Origin: Alphaproteobacteria bacterium
GTDB lineage: Bacteria; Pseudomonadota; Alphaproteobacteria; MPNO01
Reading direction: 5' to 3'
NCBI GenBank assembly: GCA_964291675.2
Contig: OZ219866.1
Coordinates: 3,296,001-3,360,000, forward strand
DNA length: 64,000 bases
In this document: positions 1 through 8,824 of the stretch, one piece after another
How positions within the stretch are numbered: the stretch's first letter is position 1
Layout: each line of letters opens with the position of its first letter
Position numbers and translations under genes: made by a program
Notes under the pieces: model-generated
What the model saw: only the letters and a program-made list of their open reading frames with translations
Databases searched by the model: none
What the model was told of the DNA's origin: nothing

Positions 1-468
1 GCGCGGCACGATCACGCTCGCCGCGCCAAAGCTGTAATTGGTGACCTGGTCGACGAAGCCGCCATGCAGGTTGAGAAAGCGGGAGAGCTGGCTGCGCGCG
101 TTGTGGAAGCCGCCGGCGCTGGCCCAGCCCGAGCTGCCGTAGACGGCCTCGTTGCCGTGCTCCCGCTTGACCCGGTCGAGCTCGCCCGCGACCAGGTCGA
201 GCGCCCGGTCCCAGCTCACTTCGATGAAGGGCTCCGCGCCCCTGAGCGCGGTGTTCGTGCCCGGCCCGCCCTCCAGCCACGACTTGCGCACCGCCGGACG
301 GGCGATGCGGCATTCGGCGTGGACCGCATCGGGCAGCGCCCGGATGAAGGGCGCGGGATCGGGGTCCTTGGCGAACGGCGTGACGCCGACCAGCCTGCCG
401 TCCACCGTCTCGGCGGTGAACGCCCCCCAATGGCTCGCCCCGAAAGCGGTCCGCGTCCCGTCCGGCAT
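1..468 (-). CDS. Molybdopterin oxidoreductase, DMSO/TMAO/biotin-sulfoxide reductase family (5' part; runs off the window start)
   Basis: Not in the ORF track. Manual translation from ATG at 468: MPDGTRTAFGASHWGAFTAETVDGRLVGVTPFAKDPDP...RIARPAVRKSWLE...RGAEPFIEVSWDRALDLVAGELDRVKREHGNEAVYGSSGWASAGGFH...NYSFGAA, typical of the BisC/TorA/DorA N-terminus; no Tat leader. Confidence 0.88.
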   Translation of the reverse strand, partial: MPDGTRTAFGASHWGAFTAETVDGRLVGVTPFAKDPDPAPFIRALPDAVHAECRIARPAVRKSWLEGGPGTNTALRGAEPFIEVSWDRALDLVAGELDRVKREHGNEAVYGSSGWASAGGFHNARSQLSRFLNLHGGFVDQVTNYSFGAASVIVPR

Positions 469-492
469 GTCCGGCCTCCCTCGTCCTCCGGG

Positions 493-533
493 CTATCGTA
501 GCGCAAGCGGCAGGGCGGTGAAGCCGCGCAAGC
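493..533 (-). repeat. Degenerate 41-bp direct repeat of the P450 3' end (other copy 2854-2894)
   Basis: ctatcgtagcgcaagcggcagggcggtgaagccgcgcaagc vs ctaccgcagcgcaagcggcaggctgttgaagccgcggaagc, 35/41 identical; encode LRGFTALPLALR* and FRGFNSLPLALR*. Confidence 0.8.
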
Positions 534-612
534 ACGGCGGGCGCATTCCCGCTTCCGGCACGCGTCGGCCAAGTCTAGACTGGCGGCCCATCCAAGGCGG
601 ACGGTCGCGTCG

Positions 613-819
613 ATGCAAACCTATACCGCAGTCGTCGAGCGATGCCCGGATACAGGGCTCTATGTCGGCTATGTCCCCGGCTTTCCCGGCGCCCACAGCC
701 AGGGCGAGACGCTCGACGAGCTGAACGCCAATCTCAGAGAAGTCATTGCAATGAGCCGCGAGGACGTCGTGCCCCGGACAGGCCGCGTATCCGTCGGCAT
801 GTCGACTATTGTGGTGTAG
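613..819 (+). CDS. hicB: HicB-family antitoxin (short form, no adjacent HicA)
   Basis: MQTYTAVVERCPDTGLYVGYVPGFPGAHSQGETLDELNANLREVI matches the HicB/UPF0150 pattern. Confidence 0.85.
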   Translation: MQTYTAVVERCPDTGLYVGYVPGFPGAHSQGETLDELNANLREVIAMSREDVVPRTGRVSVGMSTIVV

Positions 820-920
820 GGAGAGTTGGCGCGGATAGGGCGGCGGCGTCCGACATATTCGGGCTTCGTTGGCGACACCTCTACCCCACTGCACGCCGCT
901 TTGCTTTGAATCGAAGATCC

Positions 921-1277
921 ATGCGCTACTTCGCAAATCAGGCGCACAAAGTTGAAACCACCGAGGCGGGACCGCCCTCGTGGTCTCCCGACAAGACGCC
1001 CTGTCCGAAGGGAATGACTCTCCGCGAGCGGAACGAGCTTCTGCGGAATTCAGTTGCCGAAGACCCGGACGTACCGGGATCCAGACGATTCGCCCTCCGC
1101 CGCACCGAGTCGGGGCTGGAATTCTTCACTGCTCAGATGACGCGAGTCGCAAACGGCGAGTTCGAGTATCATGGCTACCCTGCGAGCTACGTTCCGGGCA
1201 GGATTCTGCGACACTTCAGGGATCGGGGTGCTATTTCCAATTCGGAATACCGAACTCTGCTAAAGAGGCTCGGATAA
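921..1277 (+). CDS. Hypothetical protein, 118 aa (possible toxin)
   Basis: ATG at 921 within ORF 642..1277: MRYFANQAHKVETT...CPKG...FEYHGYP...; lower GC; stop lies 2 nt before the next ATG. Confidence 0.7.
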   Translation: MRYFANQAHKVETTEAGPPSWSPDKTPCPKGMTLRERNELLRNSVAEDPDVPGSRRFALRRTESGLEFFTAQMTRVANGEFEYHGYPASYVPGRILRHFRDRGAISNSEYRTLLKRLG

Positions 1278-1279
1278 CG

Positions 1280-2770
1280 ATGCTGATCGGAAACCGAAAC
1301 AGCTTCGCAGTCGGTATCGAGCCACTCTCGCCGTCCTGGGAGCGCCGATTTCCCCCCGAATTCACAGCTTGGGCGCAGCTGTCGCTCTGGATCAATGGAG
1401 AAAACATCTGCCGAAATCTCCTGGACGGCTCGGATTCCGTTCGCGAGGGAGTCAACGTGCCGCTTGCCCCGATCGCGGACTGGCTGGTGCGATCCTGGAC
1501 CTTTCTCGAATTCGAGGAACGTCCCAGCGGCTTTCCCCTAGGTATCTCATCACGCAATACCGTCAGGCGTTGGGGAGATTCACTGCCTCCCGCCGAATTC
1601 GGCGAAGACGACTGGCTGGATGCGCGCGAACTTTGGTGGTCGCGGCACTTTCTCGCCGCGGGCGCGGACGGCGCTCATTTGCCGAATGTTTCCTTGATCC
1701 GGGGTGGCGACCGGTTGTTCATCGAATGGGCACAGGCTGAATTCGCCGGTTCTCCGGCTCCTCGATTTCTGTCGGTGGACGGTCGCCAGACGATCGGCTG
1801 GAGCGAGGGCGAAGAGATTCTTTCCGACTTCGTGTCTTACGTCGCTCGATGGCTTCGGGACGGTGGACTCGACGACGTATACCCTTGGGTTTACCGGGCA
1901 GACCCGCTCCGTGAAGCGATGCCGGATTTCTCTGAAGCATTGCAGGCATACACCGGAATCCCTGCGGATGTCCTGCGCGGCCGGACCGGCTCCCGCGACG
2001 ATGCCGAGTTGCGGCAAAAGCTTGGCCTTCATGCAGACGAGAGGGATCCGGGTGGCAGCGTGGTCACTCAAGTCCTGCGAGACCTCCCACCCGGAATTTC
2101 CGACTCCATGTGGGACTTGGTCTGGCGACTTGACGGTGAAAGTCGATCTGCCACTGGCTTTGCCGAGGAGCTGAGAGCCTTGGCACTCGATGCGGTGCGG
2201 CCCGCTTCCGATCCGGAGACATCCGGCTATCTCGCCGCCCAGGGTCTTCGGGATTATCTTGGCCTCAATGGGCAACCGATCGAGGATGTGGACGGGCAGT
2301 TGAGGGAAGCCGGGGTGAACCTCATCGATTCCGATGTCAAGTGCACGCACGAACGAATGCTGGCGGGGTTTCGACGCGGTTGTGGTGCCGCTGCGATCAT
2401 CAATCGTACCCCCCGCACCTCGACGCCTTGGGGCCGGAGGTTCGAGTCGATTCGGGCCCTGGGACATCTGCTGTTGGATCCGTACCGCCGAGACGCTCTG
2501 GGAGCTGCGTCGACAGCCTTCGCGCAGCCTTGGGCGCGGCGCCGGGCAGGGGCTTTCGCGGCGGAATTCCTACTCCCCAGCGAAGCATTGGGAGAGGAAG
2601 CCCATAGTCTCGATTCGTATGCCGAGCCGGAGAGGTTCCTGCATGTACTGGAGAGGTACGGGGTCGGCGCACAAACGGCAGCCTATCACCTCTGGAACCG
2701 CGGGTTTCTCTCAAGCACTCAGGTTCGGGATGACCTGATCGATCAATTCTCCAACGTAGAACCGTATTAG
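1280..2770 (+). CDS. ImmA/IrrE (DUF955)-like protein with a large unknown N-terminal region
   Basis: ATG at 1280. C-terminal RRFESIRALGHLLLD...RRAGAFAAEFLLP...YGVG...AAYHLWN resembles the IrrE/ImmA peptidase domain; HExxH is altered to RALGH. Confidence 0.75.
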   Translation: MLIGNRNSFAVGIEPLSPSWERRFPPEFTAWAQLSLWINGENICRNLLDGSDSVREGVNVPLAPIADWLVRSWTFLEFEERPSGFPLGISSRNTVRRWGDSLPPAEFGEDDWLDARELWWSRHFLAAGADGAHLPNVSLIRGGDRLFIEWAQAEFAGSPAPRFLSVDGRQTIGWSEGEEILSDFVSYVARWLRDGGLDDVYPWVYRADPLREAMPDFSEALQAYTGIPADVLRGRTGSRDDAELRQKLGLHADERDPGGSVVTQVLRDLPPGISDSMWDLVWRLDGESRSATGFAEELRALALDAVRPASDPETSGYLAAQGLRDYLGLNGQPIEDVDGQLREAGVNLIDSDVKCTHERMLAGFRRGCGAAAIINRTPRTSTPWGRRFESIRALGHLLLDPYRRDALGAASTAFAQPWARRRAGAFAAEFLLPSEALGEEAHSLDSYAEPERFLHVLERYGVGAQTAAYHLWNRGFLSSTQVRDDLIDQFSNVEPY

Positions 2771-2853
2771 GGTCGGATTGCCCGCGTCGAAAGGCGCACA
2801 CTCTCTCTTCTCGGCGAAGCCTGCTCTCAGCCCCGGCGCTCTCGGTCCCGCCC

Positions 2854-4065
2854 CTACCGCAGCGCAAGCGGCAGGCTGTTGAAGCCGCGGAAGCGGGCGC
2901 GGCCGCCGCGTTCCGGCTTGCCGGCGAGCTCGATCGAGGGGAACCGGGCCAAGAGCTTGCCGATCGCCACGCGCCCCTCCATGCGGGCGAGCGACATGCC
3001 GGCGCAGGCATGCACCCCGGCGCCGAAGGCGAGATGCCGGTTGGGCGTGCGCGACACGTCGAGCCGGTCGGGGTCGGGGAATTCCGCGGGGTCGCGGTTG
3101 GCGGCCCCGATCGACATGTGGATATAGGTCCCGGCGGCGAGCTTCGCCCCGCCGAGCGTCGCATCGACCGTGAGCCGCCGGTTGCCGATCTGGTTCGAGC
3201 TCTCGAAGCGCAGGAGCTCCTCGACCGCCGTGCCGATCAGCCCGGGATCCTCGCGCAGCCGCCGCATCTCGCCCGGGAAGCGGAGCAGCGCCTCGACCCC
3301 GTTGCCGATCAGGTTGGTGGTCGTCTCGTGCCCCGCGTTGAGCAGAAAAATGCAGTTGTGCAGCAATTCGAGCTCGCTCAGCGCCGCGCCGTCCGCGTCG
3401 GGGCCGATCAGCTTGGACAGGATTTCGGCGTCGTCGTCGCCCGCATCCCGCACGCGGCGCGCGACCAGGCTGCGCAGATAGTCCTTGAACTCGTCCACCG
3501 CCTCCGAGCCGCGCGCCACCTGGTCCGGGCTCGGCCGGGGTTCGAGCCCGCTCAGGATCGCCAGCGACCAGCCCCTGAGCGGCGCCCGTTCGGGGCGCGG
3601 AATGCCCAGCATGTCGCCGATCAACTCGACCGGCAGCGCCGAGGCGAGGTCGCGGATCAGGTCGCAGGACCCGCGCTCGGCGATGTCGTCCAGCATGTCG
3701 TCGACCACCGCCTCGACGCGCGGCTGGAGCGCCCTCAGCGCGCGCGGGGTGAAGGCCGGCATCAGCCGCTTGCGCACCCGCGTGTGGTAGGGCGCGTCGT
3801 TGAACACCAGGCTCGTCGTGTGGTGCTCGTAGAGCGGCGTCTCCCCCATCGCCGGGCGGAAATCGACCGTCTTGTCCGACGAGTAGCGCGCGGCGTCGTG
3901 ATAGACCTCCGTCACGTCGGCGTAGCGGGTGAGGAAGACCGAGCCGTCGGCCATGGTCTTCACCGGGGCGTGCCGGCGGAGCGCGCGGTAGGTCGGGAAC
4001 GGGTCGTCGAGGAAGCCCCGCGTCAGGCGGGCGATGTCGAAGCCCTCGGCGAGCTCCCTCTCCAC
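2854..4065 (-). CDS. Cytochrome P450
   Basis: I-helix AGHETT, K-helix EELLR, heme motif HLAFGAGVHACAG. Confidence 0.96.
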   Translation of the reverse strand: MERELAEGFDIARLTRGFLDDPFPTYRALRRHAPVKTMADGSVFLTRYADVTEVYHDAARYSSDKTVDFRPAMGETPLYEHHTTSLVFNDAPYHTRVRKRLMPAFTPRALRALQPRVEAVVDDMLDDIAERGSCDLIRDLASALPVELIGDMLGIPRPERAPLRGWSLAILSGLEPRPSPDQVARGSEAVDEFKDYLRSLVARRVRDAGDDDAEILSKLIGPDADGAALSELELLHNCIFLLNAGHETTTNLIGNGVEALLRFPGEMRRLREDPGLIGTAVEELLRFESSNQIGNRRLTVDATLGGAKLAAGTYIHMSIGAANRDPAEFPDPDRLDVSRTPNRHLAFGAGVHACAGMSLARMEGRVAIGKLLARFPSIELAGKPERGGRARFRGFNSLPLALR

Positions 4066-4075
4066 GGCCGAGGGC

Positions 4076-5293
4076 TCAGTCCTCGATGCGGAACACGCGC
4101 TTTGCGGTCAGCCCGAGGATGTTGCGCTTGGCCGCCTCGTCGAAGAAGGGCAGGTCGAAGATCACGCTCGGCGCGTCGAAATCCCAGTGCGGCCAGTCCG
4201 AGGAGTACATCATCTGGGTCGAGGCGTTGAACGCATCGCAGGTCGCCTCCAGCAGCTTCATGTTGGTGCGCTCCAGCGGCTGCGAGGTGTAGTACATCTC
4301 GCCGATATATTCGCTCGGCAGGCGCTTCAGCGCCGGCGCCTCGGACGAGCGCATCAGGTACTCGTTGTCGAGCCGGGGCATCATGAAGGAGAGCCAGGCG
4401 ATGCCGCTCTCGATCCAGACCACCGGCAGGTTGGGGAAGCGCTCCGGCAGGCCGTTCATCACCCAGTTGGCGAGATGCACCATGTTGCACAGCGAGAACG
4501 AGATCGCGTGCATGGTGAGGAAGCGGTTGAGCTGGCGCACATAGCCGTCGCCGCCCCAGTTGGGCCCGGCGTGGAAGCCGAGCGTCATCCCGCGCTCCTC
4601 GATCATCCGGTAGAGCCGCATATAGGCATTGTGGTGCACCGGCTTGTAGCGCACCGAGGTGACCATGAAGCCGACCACCCCCCTGGTGTCGCTGTAGCGC
4701 TCGACGATCTCCTCGCAGGCCGGCGGGTCGTTGAAGGGGAGGTAGAGCAGCGACTTGATGCGCTCGTCGGCCGACAGCACCCGGTCGGTCACCCAGTGGT
4801 TGTAGCCCCTGGACAGCGCGATCTCGACGTCGAGCTCGGGATGCAGGCCGAGCGCCAGCATCGGCGTCGGGAAGATCACCTGGTAGTCGATGCCGAAGCT
4901 CTCGATGGCGCGGCGAACCAGGCTGACATCGCGCTGGATGCCGGGCTCGCCGGGCTCCAGCACGCCCGGCTCGTGCGGGATCCGCCCGCCGACGCTCTGG
5001 TGCAGCGGCCAGCCGCTGGCCTGCATGATGCCGGTGTTGACGTCTCCCCGCCCGTCGCCGCCGCCGCGGAAATTCGACGCGATGTCGCGGATCACCGGGT
5101 CGGGGATGTATTCGACGATCTCGCCCCAGGACTGGTTCTCGAAGTGATGCGCGTCGACGTCGACGATCAGGTAGTCGTCCAGATTGCGCTCCCGCGCCTG
5201 GCGCGCCGCGTGGGCCAGGATGTCCCGCGTCGCGGCGTCCCGCTTGAGCTCGGGGAGCCGGGTCTGGCCCGCGCCCTGTTCGATGGTGTCCAT
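4076..5293 (-). CDS. Amidohydrolase family protein (Amidohydro_2)
   Basis: DVDAHH metal motif, GFHAG, GLPERFPNL..VWIESG, YSSDWPHWDFD. Confidence 0.9.
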   Translation of the reverse strand: MDTIEQGAGQTRLPELKRDAATRDILAHAARQARERNLDDYLIVDVDAHHFENQSWGEIVEYIPDPVIRDIASNFRGGGDGRGDVNTGIMQASGWPLHQSVGGRIPHEPGVLEPGEPGIQRDVSLVRRAIESFGIDYQVIFPTPMLALGLHPELDVEIALSRGYNHWVTDRVLSADERIKSLLYLPFNDPPACEEIVERYSDTRGVVGFMVTSVRYKPVHHNAYMRLYRMIEERGMTLGFHAGPNWGGDGYVRQLNRFLTMHAISFSLCNMVHLANWVMNGLPERFPNLPVVWIESGIAWLSFMMPRLDNEYLMRSSEAPALKRLPSEYIGEMYYTSQPLERTNMKLLEATCDAFNASTQMMYSSDWPHWDFDAPSVIFDLPFFDEAAKRNILGLTAKRVFRIED

Positions 5294-5492
5294 GCTGGGC
5301 CTCTCTGTACGTTCCCGCGCGCAAGTCTAGGAGAAGGGCTCTCCGGTCGGCAAGCCGCGCGGTTGCCGGCCGCGCCGGGCGCTGCTAGTTTCCGCCCGCC
5401 GCCGACCTCCCGAATGCGCGCATTCCCGGACGCGGACGCCCCGTCCGCGGCGCGGTCGCGTGCCGGCGGTCCCCCGATTTCGGAGCACAGCG

Positions 5493-6518
5493 ATGTCCAG
5501 CCAGCCGCGTTACCCCCATGAAGACCTCGAATACGGCGAGACCCTGGAGGTCGCGCCCGGCGTGCACTGGCTCAAGATGCCGCTCCCCTTCGCGCTCGAC
5601 CACATCAACCTCTATCTCATCGAGGACGGCGACGGCTGGACGGTCGTCGACACCGGGTGGAACGGCGACGACGCGAGGGCGCACTGGCAGGCCGTGCTCA
5701 AGCGGTTCGGCGGCCGCCCGCTCAAGCGCGCCATCGTCACCCATTTCCACCCCGACCATCTCGGCCTCGCCGGCTGGCTGCAGGAGGAGTACGGCACCGC
5801 GCTGTGGATGACCTACGGCGAGTGGCTGCAGGCCCATCTCGCCTGGACGCAGGACGTGACCCACGACGTCGAGGGCTGGATGGAGTTCTTCCGGGTCAAC
5901 GGGCTCGACGCCGACAGCGTCGACGCCTACCGGGCCGGGGTGGGGAATTTCGGGCGCTGGACCACGCCGGTGCCGTCCCGGGTGCGGCGCATCTGGCACA
6001 ACGGCGAGTTCGACATCGGCGGGCGGACATGGCAGGTGATCGTCGGCGGCGGGCATTCGCCCGAGCACGCCTCGCTCTACTGCCCGGAGCTCAAGCTGCT
6101 GATCGCCGGCGACCAGGTGCTGCCCCGCATTACCACCAATATCAGCGTCTGGTTCGCCGAGCCCGAGGGCGACCCGCTGCGCCACTTCGTCGAGAGCTTC
6201 GACCGCTTCCGTCACCTGCCCGGGGAGTGTTTTGTGCTGCCCTCGCACAACCGCCCCTTCTACGGGCTGCTGGAACGGCTCGACTACCTACAGGAGCACC
6301 ACCGCGAGCGGCTCGAAATCGCGCGCGATTTCTGCGCCGAGCCGCGCACCGCGCTCGATCTGATCCCGGTGCTGTTCAAGCGCGAGCTCGACAACCACCA
6401 GATCGCCTTCGCCATGGGCGAGGCGCTGTCGCACCTGCATTATCTGGTGAGCGAGGGCACGCTGGTCCGCATGGACGGCGAGGCCGACGGGCTGGTCCGC
6501 TACCGGCAGGCCGGCTGA
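5493..6518 (+). CDS. MBL-fold metallo-hydrolase
   Basis: THFHPDHLG, GGHSPEH, AGDQVLP, LPSH motifs; ATG at 5493 after GGAG. Confidence 0.92.
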   Translation: MSSQPRYPHEDLEYGETLEVAPGVHWLKMPLPFALDHINLYLIEDGDGWTVVDTGWNGDDARAHWQAVLKRFGGRPLKRAIVTHFHPDHLGLAGWLQEEYGTALWMTYGEWLQAHLAWTQDVTHDVEGWMEFFRVNGLDADSVDAYRAGVGNFGRWTTPVPSRVRRIWHNGEFDIGGRTWQVIVGGGHSPEHASLYCPELKLLIAGDQVLPRITTNISVWFAEPEGDPLRHFVESFDRFRHLPGECFVLPSHNRPFYGLLERLDYLQEHHRERLEIARDFCAEPRTALDLIPVLFKRELDNHQIAFAMGEALSHLHYLVSEGTLVRMDGEADGLVRYRQAG

Positions 6519-6895
6519 TGCGCGAGCCGGGCGCGGTCGGCAGCTACGCCGTCGTCGTCGAGGAGCGCCATACCGCGCATGCCGCCGGCAATCCCGGGGT
6601 ACGAGTCCTCTCCACCCCGACGCTCGCGCATTTCTGCGCGCTGGCCGCGCGGAACGCCATCGCCCCGGGCCTCGCCGGGGGCGAGGTCGCGACGCCGCGG
6701 TGCTCCACCCTCGCCCATCTCAAGGCATCGCCCCCCGGCGCCCGGATCGAGGCGACCGCGCTTGTGACCGCGGTGAAGGGGCGGGAATTCACCCTCGATG
6801 TCGAGGCCCGCGACGGCGAAGGGACGGCGATGACCGGCACCCTGGTGTGGGCGATCGAGGACCGCGATGCCTTGCTCGCCGCGGCGGGCGGGTAA
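6518..6895 (+). CDS. Hotdog-fold thioesterase, FlK-like (paralog 1)
   Basis: ATG overlaps the upstream stop (TGATG); HTAHAAGNPGVRVLSTP...LAHLKASPPGARIEATA; 3' part of ORF 5657..6895. Confidence 0.75.
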   Translation: MREPGAVGSYAVVVEERHTAHAAGNPGVRVLSTPTLAHFCALAARNAIAPGLAGGEVATPRCSTLAHLKASPPGARIEATALVTAVKGREFTLDVEARDGEGTAMTGTLVWAIEDRDALLAAAGG

Positions 6896-6899
6896 CCCG

Positions 6900-7289
6900 A
6901 TGGGCAGCTACGCCATCGGCATGCGCGGGCGCTACGAGGCGACGGTCGAGCCGCGCCATTGCGGGCCGGAGAACGGCTATCCCGACTTTTTCTTCCTCTC
7001 CGACCCGTGGTTCACCCTGTTCTGCGAAATCGCCTGCGACGAGGCGATGAAGCCGGGTTACGGGCCGGGCGAGGCGAGCGTCGGCGTCCGTCTCGACCTC
7101 GAACGCCTGGCCCCGGTGCCGGCCGGGCGCCGGGTGCGCCTGGAGGCCCGGGTGGCCGCGCTGGACGGCCGCCGGCTGCGCTTCGAAGTGGTGGGCGAGG
7201 ATGCCGGCCGCGCCTTCGTCCGCGGCACCCACGACCGGGTCGCCGTCGACCTCGAACGCTTTCTGGCGCGCCTGCCCACGGCCGGGTAG
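6900..7289 (+). CDS. Hotdog-fold thioesterase, FlK-like (paralog 2)
   Basis: FCEIAC...SVGVRLDLERLAPVPAG...FEV...GTHDRVAVDLERF is the typical FlK C-terminal pattern. Confidence 0.8.
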   Translation: MGSYAIGMRGRYEATVEPRHCGPENGYPDFFFLSDPWFTLFCEIACDEAMKPGYGPGEASVGVRLDLERLAPVPAGRRVRLEARVAALDGRRLRFEVVGEDAGRAFVRGTHDRVAVDLERFLARLPTAG

Positions 7290-7296
7290 GGCGCGC

Positions 7297-8205
7297 TCAC
7301 GACCCGCCGATATGGCTCTCGTGGTTGTCGAGATACCATTCGGCGATCTCTTCCCGCTTGGCGAACCACACCCCTTCGAACCCCTTGGCGTAGTCGATGA
7401 ACTCGCGCAGCGCGCGGACCCGGAAGGGCTGGCCCCAGACATGCGGGTGGATGCCGACATTCATCAGCCGGCCGCTGTCGCCGCCCTCGCGGTAGAGCTC
7501 GTCGAACTGGTCCTTCAGCATCGCGAAGGCTTGCTCGTTGGTCATGCCGCGGCGCAGATAGATGGTGAAGTCGTTGACCTCGTTGGAATAGGGCACCGAG
7601 ACCACGGGCCCGCTCGCGGTGTGGATCAGATAGGGCTGGTCGTCGTTCATGAAATCGTTGGTGTAGATCAGCCCCTGCTCGGCGATGGTCTCGACCGTGC
7701 TTGCGTTGCAGCGCAGCGAGGACGAGAGCCAGCCCCTGGCCGGGCGGCCGACCGCCTCCTCGTACACCCGGAGCGTCTCCAGGATGATGCCGCGCTCGGT
7801 CTCCGGGTCGTCGAAATAGTTGGTCAGAAGGTCGGTCTGGACGTAGTTGTGGGCGACCAGCTCCCAGCCGCGCTCGTTCGCCGCATCGATCACCGCGCGC
7901 CGCTCCAGCCCCATCTTGGCGTTCATCGTGCAGCTCGCCGGCACGCCGGCGCGGTCGAAGATGTCGATCAGCCGCCAGATGCCGACCCGCTGGCCGTATT
8001 CGCGCCAGGTGAAATTGGGATAGTCCGGCACGTTGCCCGGCAGCGGGTCGGGCAGGATCGCCGGACCGCCGGCGTAGTAGGGACCGGCGCTGTCCTTGGT
8101 CAGGTCCCAGTATTCCAGGTTGAAGGTGAGGATCAGCGCGAGCCGCGCCCCGTTCGGCCAGCGCAGGGGCTTGCGTTGGGACAGCGGGACGTAGTCGTAA
8201 TGCAT
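7297..8205 (-). CDS. Polysaccharide deacetylase family protein (PuuE-like)
   Basis: LRWPNGARLAL, WREYGQRVGIWRL, ELVAHN, GIHPHVWGQPFR; ATG at 8205 after GGGAG. Confidence 0.88.
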   Translation of the reverse strand: MHYDYVPLSQRKPLRWPNGARLALILTFNLEYWDLTKDSAGPYYAGGPAILPDPLPGNVPDYPNFTWREYGQRVGIWRLIDIFDRAGVPASCTMNAKMGLERRAVIDAANERGWELVAHNYVQTDLLTNYFDDPETERGIILETLRVYEEAVGRPARGWLSSSLRCNASTVETIAEQGLIYTNDFMNDDQPYLIHTASGPVVSVPYSNEVNDFTIYLRRGMTNEQAFAMLKDQFDELYREGGDSGRLMNVGIHPHVWGQPFRVRALREFIDYAKGFEGVWFAKREEIAEWYLDNHESHIGGS

Positions 8206-8245
8206 CGGTTTCTCCCTTGGCGGCGGACGCCGCGGCAATAGCGCA

Positions 8246-8824
8246 TCAGCCGCCGCCGCGCCAGTCGCGCCAGTCCTCCGGCGTGTCGATGTCGAGCGCG
8301 AGCCCGGGGTTGTCGACCGCCTCGGCCGCGACCCCGAGGCGCGCGGCCTCCGCCATGTGGGCGGCGAAGCTGCCGGCCCCGAAGCGGAAGGCGAAGTCGA
8401 GCCCGGCGTCGAGCGCGAGCCCGTTGGTGCCCCTTCGGTGGCGGTCCGGCGCGACGGCAACCGGGCTCGCCGTCCCGGCCAGCGCCAGCACGTCGCCCGG
8501 TTGCGCGGTCGGCAAATCGCTCGGCAGGACGACGATGCGCGCCGCGCCCAGAAGCCGCGCCGCGCCCCGCCCGGCCTCGACCGCCGCGTTGAGGCCGAGC
8601 CCGGGGTCGGCGACAAGCACCGCATCGGCCGCGGCCGGGTGCGCGGCGACCGCTTCGTCCGGGCTCACCAGCAGCGTCGGGCCGGCGAGCGCGCCGGCGA
8701 GCCCCAGCGCGTGGACCAGGAATTCCTCGTTGAGCGCGGCGCGCGCCGCATCGTCCATCGCTCCGGCGAGGCGGCGCTTGCCGTCGGCGAGCGAGCGCAC
8801 CGGAACGATGGCCGAGACGATCAT
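8246..8824 (-). CDS. cofC: 2-phospho-L-lactate/PEP guanylyltransferase CofC (FbiD)
   Basis: IVPVRSLADGKRRL, PSDLP, APDRHRRGTNGL, FRFGAGSFAAH, LALDIDTPED; coupled to cofD. Confidence 0.92.
   Translation of the reverse strand: MIVSAIVPVRSLADGKRRLAGAMDDAARAALNEEFLVHALGLAGALAGPTLLVSPDEAVAAHPAAADAVLVADPGLGLNAAVEAGRGAARLLGAARIVVLPSDLPTAQPGDVLALAGTASPVAVAPDRHRRGTNGLALDAGLDFAFRFGAGSFAAHMAEAARLGVAAEAVDNPGLALDIDTPEDWRDWRGGG

Noticed and set aside
493-936. 147-aa minus-strand ORF as a real gene
   Set aside because: It is antisense to hicB; only its last codons are meaningful, as the duplicated P450 tail.
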